A stretch of DNA of 64,000 nucleotides. Origin: Entomortierella parvispora E1425. Taxonomy: Eukaryota > Fungi > Mortierellomycota. Shown one piece after another: positions 1-11,654 of the stretch (position 1 is the stretch's first letter; each line of letters starts with the position of its first letter). Where the stretch lies: assembly GCA_020891255.1 (NCBI GenBank), contig BQFW01000012.1:310001-374000 (forward strand), written 5' to 3'. The translations under genes were made by a program, and so were the position numbers. The notes under the pieces were generated by a model. That model was not told where the DNA came from and did no database searches. It saw only the letters and a program-made list of their open reading frames with translations.

Positions 1-2690
1 TGGGCACGACTGTGCAGGCCGCAAGGAAGAGGCTCAACAGGAGACACGCTTGCGGATCTTACCAAATAATGAGGAGCAAGAGGAACAATGGATCGATCAC
101 TGCGTAAATGGGGTGATCATGCAACCTCCCGTTACTGCTTCGCTCCTGCAGCCGTTCACCCCCAGCCCTGTCGGTTGTGGACACGTTGAGATCATATCCG
201 CCTTTTTCAACATTGAACATCTTTGATCCTCCCTTCGTGCACTTTGTCTCTCCTCCATTTCCTCTTCTGCACCCGGTTGCCCCTACAGTGCCATTATTCT
301 CTAGGCTTTTTCGCCGTGCTTATTGCTCTGACCGATTCATGTCTCTTTTTTGCTCACCCCTTGTCTTTGTTTTCTTTGACGACTCCAAAAATAGGCCCGC
401 GAGACGACCGCCAGTCTGAAGGAAGCAGCCTCAGATGGACCTGATACTAAAGATCAATCGCCGGAAGAACTTAAGCAGGCGCTCGCCGATGCAGTGGAAA
501 AGCAAAAGCAGCAGGAGGCATTGATCAAGAAGCTCAGACATGAGGTCGATGTAGAGCGAGGTCACGCTACGATCTTGCGACATGATAACCAAGTACTTCG
601 ACAGATGAAGGCCAACATGGTATGGACCCTCTTTTTAGTGTTTGGGATGGAGGAGCTGAATTTGGCCGATCATGGCTCTTTGACATTTCACTTTTAATCC
701 TGGAGAGCTCAAATGACTTTGGGGCTAACCAGGACATTTATTTTTATCGACTTTTGGCTTTTATGTAATGTAGCATGCAGTCGCTGAGCAAGAGGAAGAA
801 AATATTTCCAACAGATTGCTGAAGCGCATCTCGGGACTCAAGAAGGAAAAGGGCGAGCTGATGATCCAGGTTGAGCAAGAGGAAGAGTATTTGACCAAGA
901 CGTTGCAAAAGAAATTGCAACAGGTACCGTCGCTGCGTCCGCAATCAACGATTATGATGTATAGAGCAATGACAGTCAATGATTGATCATATCCCGTCTT
1001 TGTGTAAATGATATAGTTGCAAAAGGAAAAAGTTGACATGGAGAATGCATTGGAGCAGGAGCAGGAGTATATTGTCAACAGACTGCAAAAACAGTTGGAT
1101 GCCATGCGCATGGAACAGCAGTCTGCTGGAACCTCAACCGCTTCTTCAAGCTGGCAAGACAAGGATCATCCTTTGGGCAGTTTGAATGTTGCCTCGAGTC
1201 TACCCATCGGATCCTCGCCCATCAACATTGCAGGAGGCGGAAGACACAGCATGTCGTCCTCGTCCGGTCGAGTCCACAACCCGGTCCCTTCACCCACTCC
1301 TTCGCCCACTCACAAAAAGTGGATGCCAGGGCACTCACCATCTTCCTCGGATATCGGCATGGGACCGCCTTCTCATCCTATTGTCGACATGCTCAAGGCA
1401 GAGTTGACCGCTGCTAAAGCAACTTTGAATGAGCTTGAGCGTGAATGTAAGAGAGGCGCCTGAGTACTTTTCAAAAAAAGAAACGGATATGGCCTTCACT
1501 CTTGACATTTCTGACGTTTTTATTCTTTTTCATTCAATATCCAGATATGATCAAGTTCAAGCAATGCACCCGATACCGTACAGAAGTGCTGACGCTCCGC
1601 CAGGAGCTCGGACTTCCTGTGGCATCGGATTTGCTTGTGGAAGACCACTTGCCAAACGTGTTGTCGTCCACACACCGCACTGGCGGAACTCCATCCAGAA
1701 GGGTAAGACAGTCAACTCGAAGTGGTTTCACCAAGACAAAAAAAAAAGAATGTAGGATGGCATCTAGCCCACGCATGGCTGACTTTTTGTATATATTTTA
1801 CCGGGCTTTTATCACTTCAGAACTCAAGCACAAGCACGTCTAGCAGAGTGACCTATGGCGTGCCTGCAACTCCGACCAATACCCCTGCCAATCCTGCACC
1901 CATCAGCAGCCACAGCTTCGCCGCACAGCGTGCCTCACTTTCACCTAGTGCGCCTTTGAACAACCCATTTGCTGGCGGTAACGGCAACAACGGTGCCTCT
2001 TCCCACTCCTCTGCTGGAGCATTCTCGAGCTCGCCAACTCTGTCATCCTTTACAACAACTTCAGGGTTCCATGGGTCTCATCATCAGCAGCATGGTAGTG
2101 GCGGCGGCAATGGAGGCGCAGGATTCTCGTCCTCAGCAGCCGCGGCCGCCATTGCAGCGGCAGCAGCTGGATCAACCCATGCCCACTCGCATCCGCATGG
2201 AGCCGGTCAGCCCTATGCCTCATCAGGGGGCACCAACTCGTACTCGTCGTCCGTCGGCTCTTTGGGTTCTACCTCTCCCATGATGTCGATGGCCTCCTCC
2301 CTGTCCTCGACTACTGGCAGTGGGTTCGGGGATCGGTACAGCGGAAGCATCAGCAGTAATAACAATGGTGCTTCTTCAGGAAGCAGCGGGCATGCGGGAC
2401 TTGGATTTGGTGGAGCTCCAGGAATGAGCGGATCAGGGATCCTTGGAAGCAGTGGTGGGCCATCTTTGCCTGCGATTGTCCCTGAACGTCAGTCGCTGTA
2501 CCGATCCAAGAGCAGCAGTCGTCAACAGGGCCAGTACGCGCAGCCCTCTGGGGTCGCGTCTTCAGGTCAGCAAATGTATCAACACCATCAGCAACAGCAC
2601 CAGATGCACCAACAGCAGCAACAGCAACAGCAGCGCGATCATGGACAGCACCAGGCGAAAGAACAACAGCTCCAAACACCCTCCGTTTGA
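1..2690 (+). CDS. CCDC6: CCDC6/DUF2046 (H4) family coiled-coil protein with a long Ser/Gly/Gln-rich C-terminus; multi-exon, 5' end probably outside the window
   Basis: Spliced exons (about 395-619, 774-924, 1017-1449, 1543-1702, 1820-2690) give AEQEEENISNRLLKRISGLKKEKGELMIQVEQEEEYLTKTLQKKLQQ-LQKEKVDMENALEQEQEYIVNRLQKQL, the repeated EQEEE(Y/F) coiled-coil signature of this family. GT..AG boundaries keep the frame. Confidence 0.85.
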
Positions 2691-3174
2691 ACGACTTGGT
2701 TATTTTTTTGGATTATCAATAAATACATGTTCATTTTTTTTCCCCCCTTTCTGATGGGCTCTTGCTATGGGCATCATTTTTGTGCTGATAGGCAGTACTT
2801 TTGACACCAAGGAAGAGTTAAACGGGGCCTCTTTGATACGTTGAATGCTTTTTTTCCGCTCGACAACCTGAAAGTACGCGAGAGAAACACGTCGAAAGAA
2901 CAACGCGTCGCGTTTCCCCTTGTCTATCAGATCGGTGCTGCGCCCGTTCGCATCCGCTTTCCTTTCTTTTTTTCAGCCGCTTTCGTGATAGCACGAGTCT
3001 CTTCTTCCAAGATTCATGTATAGCCCCCACCAAAAAAAATCCGAATGCACACACTTCAAAGGATCGGATGCTCTGGTAGCGCTATTATATTTCATTCTCC
3101 AGGAGATCTTTCAATTGAACATGTTTTCTTTGTGCTTTCAAGATACTTCTTTCTTCCATTGACCTTTGATGTAA

Positions 3175-4664
3175 TCAGATAAGACAAAAAGTAAAAGCAA
3201 TATTCTTGTGCGAGTCCACGATCTGCTTCAAGTATTTCCTCCTTTGATCGTCCGTCTTGTCCTCCAGCGCAACAACGTTCTTCAATCGCTCAAATGACTC
3301 CAGGATGCAATCCCAATCTTTCTCCTGCACCTCCCGTTGATCAAATTGAAGTACCTCCAGTTGACTCAAGGATTGCAGCAATTCCATCCCAAGATCCACC
3401 TGAAGAGGAAGGGACGTCCTTTCCTCCCCCTGAGCCGACGCACCATTCCTGCTTAAAATAAGAGTCTGGAGCTGAGAGAGACTCGATAGGCGCAGAAACA
3501 CCTGGCAACAATGGTCTGGGTCCCGCTTATCCATGCAGATCTCTATATTCCAGAACTGCAGCTCGTCACAGACCCAATCCCGTTCATCCTCCCACAGATC
3601 TGTCGCCAGGAGCTTTTCTCCTTTGATCGAGACCAACCATGGCAGCGAACATAGGATTGAATGCAACATCAGACTCGTCATGTCCTTGCATCCTTGAAGA
3701 TCCAGATACCTTAGCGTCTCTGCATGATTGATCATCAGCGCCGTGTACGCCTGGAAACCAAACAGGGTTTGAGACAAGTCGATATCTTCGAGCGGACACA
3801 TATTCAAGGCGCTCAGAAGCACATCGAGTCGGTCGTCCTCCAGGCCGCAGTCCGGAAAATGCAGCTTCACCAACTGTGGCCAACAGGGCCGTCTCTGGTT
3901 GATCTCCCTCACGAGGGGGTCGAGACTGCACCCCACAGGGTTGCTTCGACCCCCCACGATATTGGACAGGACCCTGGCATTCTTCACAGCGCTTCCTTCG
4001 CCATCGAAACCACCCGAAACGATAACCAGTTCTTGCAACTTCTTGAGTTTGGCCAGCGCTCCCCACAAGGGTGGACGCCACATCCCGAGTCGACTGCTCA
4101 CTTTCAGACTTTGAAGAACGTCGGCGTGATTTTGAATCAGTTGAGCGACCCCAAGACCCAGTCCGTGGGACGAGCAGGAGAATGGGTTGGCTTGGACGAC
4201 AAAGTGCCGTAGGTTTGGGTACTGCAAGGTGCAGTACCCTACCGGGATGTCGTCCGTACAACTAAGTGTTCGCACAAGAGCCGCGTGCCTTTTGACCATC
4301 GCCCAAGGAACTGAAGGCCCTTGGGGGCCATATTGGATGACCAGATCAAGCCAGAAGAGTACAGACGTGAATGCACAGTTGAAGGCTTTGGAGACCCTGC
4401 AGCAGATCCGGAGGGTGTTCTTGTCTTCCGCCAGACAAGCGGCAATGAGGGACAAGATCTCTGGCAACTCGAAAGGACTTCTGGGGCCAGGCACTTTCTG
4501 ACTGATATGGGTCTCTATGGTGTTGTTTGCAAGGCGATCAGATTGTCGGTCGTTGGAAGAAAAGACAAGAAAAAGTAGGAGGAGTCCATACCGATAGGCT
4601 GTTCATCAGAGGTAGAAGGGTCCTCTTTCAAGGGCAAAGATGTTTCTGGGGTGGCAGTGGACAT
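3175..4664 (-). CDS. F-box/leucine-rich-repeat protein, tandem copy 1 (exons 4664-4592 and 4514-3175; about 470 aa)
   Basis: N-terminal SPFELPEILSLIAACL...CCRVSKAF F-box-like motif followed by LxxLxL repeats. The 77-nt intron GTATGG..CCATAG (4591-4515) joins MSTATPE... in frame to the ORF-track protein. Confidence 0.85.
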
Positions 4665-4677
4665 GGGACAGCGGGAT
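4493..4677. repeat. 185-bp direct repeat, copy A (exon 1 + intron + start of exon 2 of F-box copy 1)
   Basis: Matches 6419-6603 with 4 substitutions counted by eye. Confidence 0.9.
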
Positions 4678-4923
4678 GTTGAGTTGGGGGGTTGAGGGAC
4701 AGGAAAGGGATGTGAGAAGGAAATCAGAACAGCAGATCGAAGACGAGCCTACTGCGAAAGGCAAAGGAGACGAGGGGTGTTCTCTTGTGCACCGTACACG
4801 CCCTCCTCGTGCGACTCAATGTTTTGACCACCAAAGAAACAGACGACTCGTCTTGTTGCAATGGTTTTTTTTTTGTTCACGCTGACTGCGTGCCTTTATT
4901 TGCCATAGTCTGGAACTGGGGCT

Positions 4924-6590
4924 TCAGATGAACGAAAAATGAATTCTTCTGTGCGATTTAGCTATTCGCTTCAAGTACTCTTGCCTTTGTTCGTCCTTCT
5001 TGTCCTTTGGTGAGACAATCTTATTCAGATGCTTAAACGACTCTAGGATCCAGCCCCAGTCTTCCTCATTCACCCTTCGTTGATCAAAATGAAGTTCTTT
5101 TAGATGGCTCAGGGACTGCAGCCAATGCAAACCAAAATCCGCTTGAAAAGGGAGGGTCCACTTTCCTTTCTCTGACCCTCGGCCTCGACCTCGGTTAAGA
5201 ACAAGAGTCAGTAGACGAGAGAGACCCGAGAGGCGCAAAAACACTTTAAGACAGTGATCCGGATCCCATCGATCCATGTAAATCTCCAGGTCCCACACCT
5301 GCAACTCGCTGCAGACCCAATCCCGTTTATCAGCCAGCAAATCGGCCACCAGGAGCTTTCTTCCTTTGATCGAGACGAGCTGTGTAAGTGAACACAGGAT
5401 CGAATGCAGCATCCGACTCGTCATGTTCTTACATCCCTGAAAATCCAACTGCTTCAGTGTCTGGGAATGGTGGTTCATCAGCGCCGTGAAGGCTTGGGAA
5501 CCGAACCGCGTGTGAGATAGGTTGAGATCTTCGAGCGGACAGGTCTTCAAGGCATTCAAAAGTACTTCCAACCGATCGTCCTCCAGCCCACATTCCGGCA
5601 AATGGATCCGCACCAGCTGTGGCCAACAAGGCCGCTTCAGATGGATTTCTGTTACCAACGGCTCCAGCGAGGACCCCTCCAACACGCCCCGACACACGAT
5701 CTTGTGCATCACCAAGGACCGGAGATTGGGAGAATGGATGATCTGCAGAACGAAGTAATGAAATGTGGGTTAGAGACAACAGACCTGTTGAAAAGAAATG
5801 TCCTCCCAGGGGGAAAGGCAAAGCGAGCTAGAGAGAAAGGGAGCTGCCCTTGCACCGATCACGGCTCCTTTCAAGGAGAGGACATTGACATTTTTCAAAG
5901 AGTTGTAGAACGCTTCGGCTCTACAGTTGCTTTCGAAGCGACTCGAGTTGATATCCAGTTGCTGAAGGTCCTTGACGTTGGCCAGGGCTACCCAAAAGGG
6001 CGTACGCCACATCCCCAACTGACAGTTGCCTTTGAAACTTTGAAGGACGTCTGTGTGATTTTGAAGCAACTGGGCCACCCTCCGAGGCAGCTTGTTGGAC
6101 GGGGCAGTGGATGGTTTGGATTGGATGACGAGGTGTTGCAGATTGGGATACTGCAGGGAACAGTAATTTGTCGAGAGACTGTCATCGAGGGTCAGCGTGC
6201 GGACAAAAACAGCCTGCTTTTTGACCACGGCCAATGGCACCAGTGCCTCTTCAGGGCCATTGGGCACGGTCAGATCCCCCCAGAGGACAGGCGTGAACGC
6301 ACAATGGAAGGCCCTGGAGACCCTGCAACAGGCCTGAAGAGAATGATTGTCCCCAGCTAGGCAGGTTGCAATGAGGGGCACGATCTCTGGTAATTCAAAA
6401 GTACTTCTGGGGCTAGGGACTTTCTGACTGATATCGGTCTCTATGGTGTTGTTTGCAAGGCGATCAGATTGTCGGTCGTTGGAAGAAAAGACAATAAAAA
6501 GTAGGTGGAGTCCATACCGATAGGCTGTTCATCAGAGGTAGAAGGGTCCTCGTTCAAGGGCAAAGATGTTTCTGGGGTGGCAGTGGACAT
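4924..6590 (-). pseudogene. F-box/LRR tandem copy 2, interrupted by an in-frame TAA at 5772-5770 (probable pseudogene)
   Basis: ORFs 5770-6381 and 4924-5715 are in the same frame, 18 codons apart. The TAA aligns with CAA (Gln) of copy 3 (TGT TTT CAA CCC vs TGT CTC TAA CCC). Exon 1 (6590-6518) and intron (6517-6441) match copy 1. Confidence 0.8.
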
Positions 6591-6603
6591 GGGACAGCGG
6601 GAT
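6419..6603. repeat. 185-bp direct repeat, copy B (same segment of F-box copy 2)
   Basis: Matches 4493-4677 with 4 substitutions. Confidence 0.9.
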
Positions 6604-6892
6604 AAATGAGGGTGTAAAGTTCAGGGACCAGGAAGGACGCTAAAAAAAAGAAGAGAAAAAAAATTAAAGAAATGAAAGAGTAGATCGAAGTCGACCCCGC
6701 TGCTGCAAAGGCAAAGGGAGACAGGGGGGTTTTTTCTTTTCTTTACCGTTAACACCGCGTGCTATTCTTGACTTAAATACCAAGTCGGTAGACTTCTCAT
6801 AGAAGCAACACGCCGTCCTCTTTCCTTTTTTCATGTTTACTTTGTGCCGTGCGAAAACATTTATTCGCCACTGTCAGGTATTAATACTGGGA

Positions 6893-8574
6893 TTAGAAAA
6901 AACAAAATTGAATTCTTCCATTCGATTGCGTTATCCGCTTCAAGTACTCCTGCCTCTGTTCGTCTGTCTTGTCCGTTGGAGCAACAATATTCTTCAGACG
7001 CCTAAATGAGTCTAGGATCCAATCCCAATCTTCCTCCAGCGCTTCTCGTTGATCAAAATGAAGTTCTTCCAGTTGAGTCAGGGACTGTAACAATTCCAAG
7101 CCAAGATCCGTCTGGAAAGGAAGGGAAGACCTTCCCTTCGCTGACGCTGTAGCCCGACCTCGATTGAGAATAAGAGTCCGTAGATGAGAGAGACTCGAGA
7201 GACGCAAAAACACTTGGCAACAGTGATCCGGATCCCTTTCATCCATGTAAATCTCCAGGTCCCAAACCTGCAACTCGTTGCAGACCCAATCCCGTTCATC
7301 CGCCAACAAATCCGTCGCCAGGATCTTCCCACCTTTGATCGAGACCAACCGTGCATGTGAACACAGGATCGAATGTAGCATCAAACTCGACACGTTCTTG
7401 CATTTTTGTAGATTCAGATGCCTCAAATTCCAGGAATGATTGACAATCAACGCCGCATGTGCCTTGGGACCGAACTGTGTGAAAGCCAAATTGAGATCCT
7501 TGATCTGACAGGAATCCAAAGAGCTCAAAAGCGTTTCCAACTGAGTGTCCTCCAGGTCACAATCCTGCAGATGAAGTCGCACGAGCTGTGGCCAACAAGG
7601 TCGTCTCCGCTCGACCTCTTCTACCAAAGACTCGAGCGAAAAGTTTTCTGAGTGATTGTCCGAGTTCGTGATCTTGAGCAAGACCAAGGACCGGAGCCCG
7701 GGTGACTGAACGATTCGTTGAATGAGACAATAAAACATGGGTTGAAAACACCCCACCTTCTCAAAATGGACGTCTTGCCAGGGGGATGGACTAGGAGCAC
7801 CCGAGAGGAAAGGAACCGCTCTTGTTGTAAGCTTGATCATTTTCAAGGAGATGTCTTTGGCGTTCCTTCCTAGGTTGTAAAACGTCGTAGCTCCGTCCTG
7901 GCCCTCAAAGGCAACATGGGTCAGGTCCAGATGCCGAAGGTCTTTGACTTTCTCCACTGCTTCCCAAAAAATTGGTCGCCTTCTCAAGGATCGACAATAG
8001 ACTTTGAGACTTTTCAGGACGTTTGAATGGTTTTTGACCAAGGAGGTATATCCCAGAGGCAAACCGTCATCCATAGTCGAGTCAGGGTCGGACAGGATGA
8101 CGAGGCTACGCAGGTTTGGATACTCCAGGAAGCAGTAGTCGTTCGAGAAATTGCCAACGAATGTCAGTGTGTGGACCAAGCCAGCGTGTTTATCGACCGC
8201 TGGCAACGCAGCCAGTAGTTTATGGGGACCATGGAACAAAACCAGATCACTCCAGAGAACAGGTGTAAAGGCGTCATAAAAGACTTTGGAGACTCTACAG
8301 CAGGTCTGGAGGGCATTTCTGTCCCCGGTGAGGAGGGTGGCAATGACGGGCACGATCTCGGGTAGCTCAACAGGACTTTTGGGACCCCGGACTGGTCGGT
8401 TCTTTGGAGCTACGACAGTTCTTTTTGCAAAGCGATCAAACTTGCTGTTGGTCCTTTTGAATGGAGGGAACGAGGGATATGATATATAAGACTGGTGGCC
8501 ACATCGACTTACGGAGCGCCTAAAGTAGAAGAGTCTTTGACGGACAGCGAGTTGTTCCGGGTAGCAGCAGACAT
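6893..8574 (-). CDS. F-box/LRR protein, tandem copy 3 (apparently intact, longest copy)
   Basis: SPVELPEIVPVIATLL...TCCRVSKVF motif, and RPCWPQLV / LHSILCS / RDWVC blocks shared with copies 1 and 2. Likely ATG at 8574 with a short GTAAGT intron; the exact acceptor is uncertain. Confidence 0.85.
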
Positions 8575-8932
8575 GGATGGCGCCGAGGGTGGGAAGGGAG
8601 TTGGGATGGATACAGGAAGAGTGAGTGAGAGAGCAAAAAGAGAGATCAAAAAATGGCACAGGCTGCCCCTTCTTGCGCATGCTTTGCCTCGGCACCGAGG
8701 ATGTGTGACTGGTTCTTTTTGGTCTTTTTTGGTGGCAACACGGTGATGAGCTCTTGCCCTGGATTGAACCGCTCTTTCTTTGTTCTCTTTATTTGCTCTT
8801 GCTCAAAGATCGTCTGGGATAAGCATCAAATGGTATTGTGTTATTGTGGTCAAACAGATGCTGGCCATTCTGGGCTTTGAGTTGCAGCAGAGGAAACTGT
8901 GAGGTGTGTTTTGTCTCGGGGGAAGAAGGCTA

Positions 8933-9439
8933 TCAAGCTGCGGCGCAGGTGGCTCCCTTGTACTCGAGGCGCCACTTTTGGTTCAGACTTCCAGTATCGA
9001 CGGCAAAGTTGACTGGGTCTCCATAGTTGCCACCGGTCAATCCAATGCCCCTCGTGAAATCTTGGACAACGTCGATCGAAATCCTTCCCTCGTCGTCATC
9101 TGTGATGAGCCAGGTACGAGGAGCGCCTTCCGTCGTGGTATTTGTGGTGGCGATCGAGCCCGTACTGCGAAGATAACGTTGGGTTTCGCAATTTTGGATC
9201 GTCATGAGCGATTTTGAGTACTGAGAGGCGGCAAAGTTCCACAGTTGATTGGCGCCTCCGTTGGAGACCCATCCGTCGGCGGTGTGGGTTTCTCTCTTCT
9301 CATCGAGGACCCTTTCGGGGAAGGCTACGTTTCGGACAAGGTACACGCCAGGCACAACCTGTCCAGAGGCAAGGACAAAGACGTGAGCTGCAGCAAGAAC
9401 GGCAGAAATTAGAGAACGGATTCGCAGGTTGTCGAGCAT
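8933..9439 (-). CDS. Secreted ricin-B (beta-trefoil) lectin-domain protein, 168 aa, single exon
   Basis: Hydrophobic signal peptide (LISAVLAAAHVFVLASGQ), then GVYLVRN...VLD, NQLW, TIQN..T.RYL and NQKW: the QxW repeats of ricin-type lectins. Confidence 0.8.
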   Translation of the reverse strand: MLDNLRIRSLISAVLAAAHVFVLASGQVVPGVYLVRNVAFPERVLDEKRETHTADGWVSNGGANQLWNFAASQYSKSLMTIQNCETQRYLRSTGSIATTNTTTEGAPRTWLITDDDEGRISIDVVQDFTRGIGLTGGNYGDPVNFAVDTGSLNQKWRLEYKGATCAAA

Positions 9440-10002
9440 GTTGGATGGGGATAGAGATGATGAAAGGTGTTTTTTGAATTGTAGGTCAAAGATTGGTAGA
9501 CAGCGCTCAAAAGGAATTTGAGGATTTAGAGCTGCCTGCCCTAAGGCCTTTGGTGGCTCCTTCCCTCACACTGCATGCACCCTCCCTACAACTCTTTTGA
9601 CCGTGATGGCCCCGTCTTTTACGAGTCCTACAGACGCCCCTGATCATAGCCATCTCGGTGTTTTCTACTCCTGAGCAGCGGGTTGTTTTGCTTTCTGTGT
9701 ATCATCGTCCCCCTAGATTGTTCTCCACACGCATGCAAACCATTCGATGCTATCCTTGGGCAGGCAGGGCGGCTTTTGAATCATAGTTGCCCCGAGTTTT
9801 TCTGAATATCACTAGAAGCACACAGCTGCCCCAGCTTCTCTGTTGTTTTATCCCCCTCAAATCGACTCCATCGTGCCTTTGGTAGCAAAACTGATTCTGG
9901 TGTAGTTCGTTTTTCATTGCTCATGGTAATCACATCATAATCCCGTGCGCAAAAGTCCTCTTTTTTTTCTGTCCTATTTATTGAACGACAAAGGAAGCAT
10001 CT

Positions 10003-11304
10003 TCAATCGCTATCATCATCATCGCTATCGTCGTCATCATCACCACTCCGGCGTGGAAGATTTGGTACTCCTCCCATACCCACGACGCTCAGATCCTCGA
10101 CCATGCCTGTATCCTCGTCCGCTGCAGGAGCATCACTTGCAGCTTGAGCAGCCAAGGCTGCAGCATTGGCGGCATCGTCTTCATCTCTCCTGCGGTTCGA
10201 TTCCTCAATCTTCGCCTTGCGCTCTGCAACCTTTTTCAAGAAATCCTTTGAGACAGAATTGAAAAGACCACCTGTAGGGGTCTGACAGGCGGCACATTTT
10301 GGTGTCTTGGCATACCGCTTCAAGGCACACTTTTCACAAAAATAATGGTTGCATCTAATAAATACAAAAAGCAAGTTGATATTAGTAAATGGTCGGCCAT
10401 CTTGACACATTTGTCCAAAGAATGATTCGACAGGCACAAAAAAAAAAAAAAAAAAAAAATACCTAGTGACAACGGGATGCTTGAATTCCTCGCGACAGAT
10501 CAGGCAAGCGAATGGTACCTCGTCGTCATCACTTGAGCTCTCAGCTTCGTCATCCAGTCCTTCGATCAATGCCAGTTTCTTGGCTCGTTGCTCAGCCTCC
10601 CACTCCTGGTCTAATTGCCATCCAGCCTTGTAGTCGCCACGGTCGTGCATATAAATACAGGAATCTCCATAACCACAGAATCCCGTCTCCTTGTAATCCT
10701 TGCAAATATCCGGTTGGTAATCAAATCGGTTCGTCACACGAATGTTCGAGGATGCCCTCATAGGTCCAACACGAATCTTGGAGTTGGTGACTTCTCCTTT
10801 TTGGATATGGGATTTGTATCCGGCCAGACCCTTATAAAGACCATCATCGCCGCCGTTGGTAGGTTCGTCAATGCCGTGTTCTACTGCCCGCATGTGTCGA
10901 TCAATAATAGCTTGGGCATCCCGATCATGAGCTGTATCAATCTCCTGAGTCCTTGTTGCATCGTCGATACGGATATTGCCCTCCAGTGTAGCCTTGTAAG
11001 AAACACCGACAGTCTTATCCTCTTCAGACCCATCCTTGGACGCTAACCGATTCGCGCTGCTGTTTGAAGAGGATTGAAGCATGTCTGCGTTGGAGGTCTG
11101 GGGAGCACGTTTGGCGCTGCGCTTTTTGGAGACTGAGGAGAGAGAAGTATGGCCGAGTCCTGAGGGTTCGGAAGAGGCAGAGGTGGCGGAGAGAGGATCA
11201 GATTCATCGTCAGACAAGTTGCGTTTCCGGACGTTCTTGCTCTGAGCACGCTTCTTGAAGAAGGGTACGTTGGGCGCACTTGTGGCGGATGCTGCCTCGG
11301 ACAT
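10003..11304 (-). CDS. CWC24: Pre-mRNA splicing factor CWC24/RNF113 (CCCH zinc finger + RING), one intron at 10462-10355
   Basis: FDYQPDICKDYKETGFCGYGDSCIYMHDRGDYKAGWQLD is the CWC24 CCCH signature. The RING CLIC...VVTR|CNHYFCEKC...CAAC is restored after removing the 108-nt GTATTT..TTAG intron. Confidence 0.95.
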   Translation of the reverse strand: MSEAASATSAPNVPFFKKRAQSKNVRKRNLSDDESDPLSATSASSEPSGLGHTSLSSVSKKRSAKRAPQTSNADMLQSSSNSSANRLASKDGSEEDKTVGVSYKATLEGNIRIDDATRTQEIDTAHDRDAQAIIDRHMRAVEHGIDEPTNGGDDGLYKGLAGYKSHIQKGEVTNSKIRVGPMRASSNIRVTNRFDYQPDICKDYKETGFCGYGDSCIYMHDRGDYKAGWQLDQEWEAEQRAKKLALIEGLDDEAESSSDDDEVPFACLICREEFKHPVVTRYFFFFFFFVPVESFFGQMCQDGRPFTNINLLFVFIRCNHYFCEKCALKRYAKTPKCAACQTPTGGLFNSVSKDFLKKVAERKAKIEESNRRRDEDDAANAAALAAQAASDAPAADEDTGMVEDLSVVGMGGVPNLPRRSGDDDDDSDDDDSD

Positions 11305-11654
11305 GCTTGTGATGTTTGTTTGTTTGAGGTCGTGAATGGATTATCCTTTGTGTCAAAAATGAATGGTTGTTCCTGGAGTCAAGCAACGCTTTATATCGCC
11401 GGGAGATGGTCGTTTTGTTGCAAGCGGTTGATTTGTCAGCGATTTGCTAAGGATTCCAGAAGCAGAGAAAGAGAAGGAACAGTGATCGCATGCATGCGGA
11501 CATGTTTGAGCCGCCAGAAAGTCACGTGTGCACAAATTGGTGGCCAATCGAAAGAAGAAGATATAGAAAAGCTACATATGGGCATGGAACAAAAGTAGAG
11601 GTTTGCAAAAAAGCAATGTTTTTATTCAACCAAGTTCTGGATTCGGGAACGTAT

